Notes under the pieces: model-generated | What the model saw: the letters and a program-made list of their open reading frames with translations, nothing else | What the model was told of the DNA's origin: nothing | Databases searched by the model: none | Position numbers and translations under genes: made by a program | Assembly (NCBI GenBank): GCA_002189035.1 | Contig: NEEC01000004.1 | Coordinates: 4,836,001 to 4,900,000, forward strand | DNA: 64,000 nt | Direction: 5' to 3' | Source of the DNA: Utricularia gibba | Taxonomy: Eukaryota; Plantae; Magnoliophyta | Part shown: in pieces, positions 63,812 to 64,000 of the stretch | How positions within the stretch are numbered: position 1 is the first letter of the stretch | How the letters are laid out: every line of letters begins with the position of its first letter

Positions 63812-64000
63812 TTAGAGTTTCTTACCGAGGGTGTGCTTATTGTTGTGCATCCAGACTTTGAGGACGTTCCTCTTGATTCCCACTTCATGGCAGAATTGCT
63901 GCACCAGATCTTCGTCTTGTTTCTGGATTCTCCACCCCAGTCTCTCTGAGAAGCTCAGCATTTTATCCTTTTGATCCTGAGAAAATTTTGTTCTCACCCT
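63812..64000 (-). CDS. ZF-HD homeobox protein, C-terminal part (5' portion beyond the window)
   Basis: [53 protein letters not shown]. Confidence 0.93.
   Translation of the reverse strand, partial: RVRTKFSQDQKDKMLSFSERLGWRIQKQDEDLVQQFCHEVGIKRNVLKVWMHNNKHTLGKKL

Overview
Plant nuclear DNA from a compact, gene-dense eudicot genome with short introns and very AT-rich spacers. No rRNA, tRNA or CRISPR features were seen. About 19 conserved or plant-type genes lie in order: KANADI1 (partial), GEX1, nicastrin, a PCS1-like aspartic protease, a small plant-specific ORF, cytosolic glutamine synthetase, PDLP, peroxisomal HSP15.7, an RKL1/RLK902-like LRR kinase, a PPR gene, HMGA/HMG-Y, Dof, PNO1, AIL6/PLT3-like AP2, DIC carrier, EngB-type GTPase, cyclin D and ZF-HD (partial). 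The unusual part is a ~12 kb accessory island (about 9.9-22 kb) between GEX1 and nicastrin. It holds two single-exon ORFs of an unrecognised membrane-protein family, tentatively a RING-less derivative of membrane-anchored RING-H2 E3 ligases; one of them is interrupted by a solo LTR with a perfect 5-bp TSD. It also holds at least four fold-back inverted repeats built from fragments of the same family, including a ~700 bp-arm, ~98% identical hairpin that shares 20-33 nt perfect matches with those ORFs. This looks like a hairpin-siRNA/proto-miRNA cluster physically linked to its own targets (inference). Four conserved genes (possibly five) each carry a single -1 indel in a short homopolymer, most likely assembly error. 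All alignments were done by eye and homologies are from recalled motifs; no searches were run.
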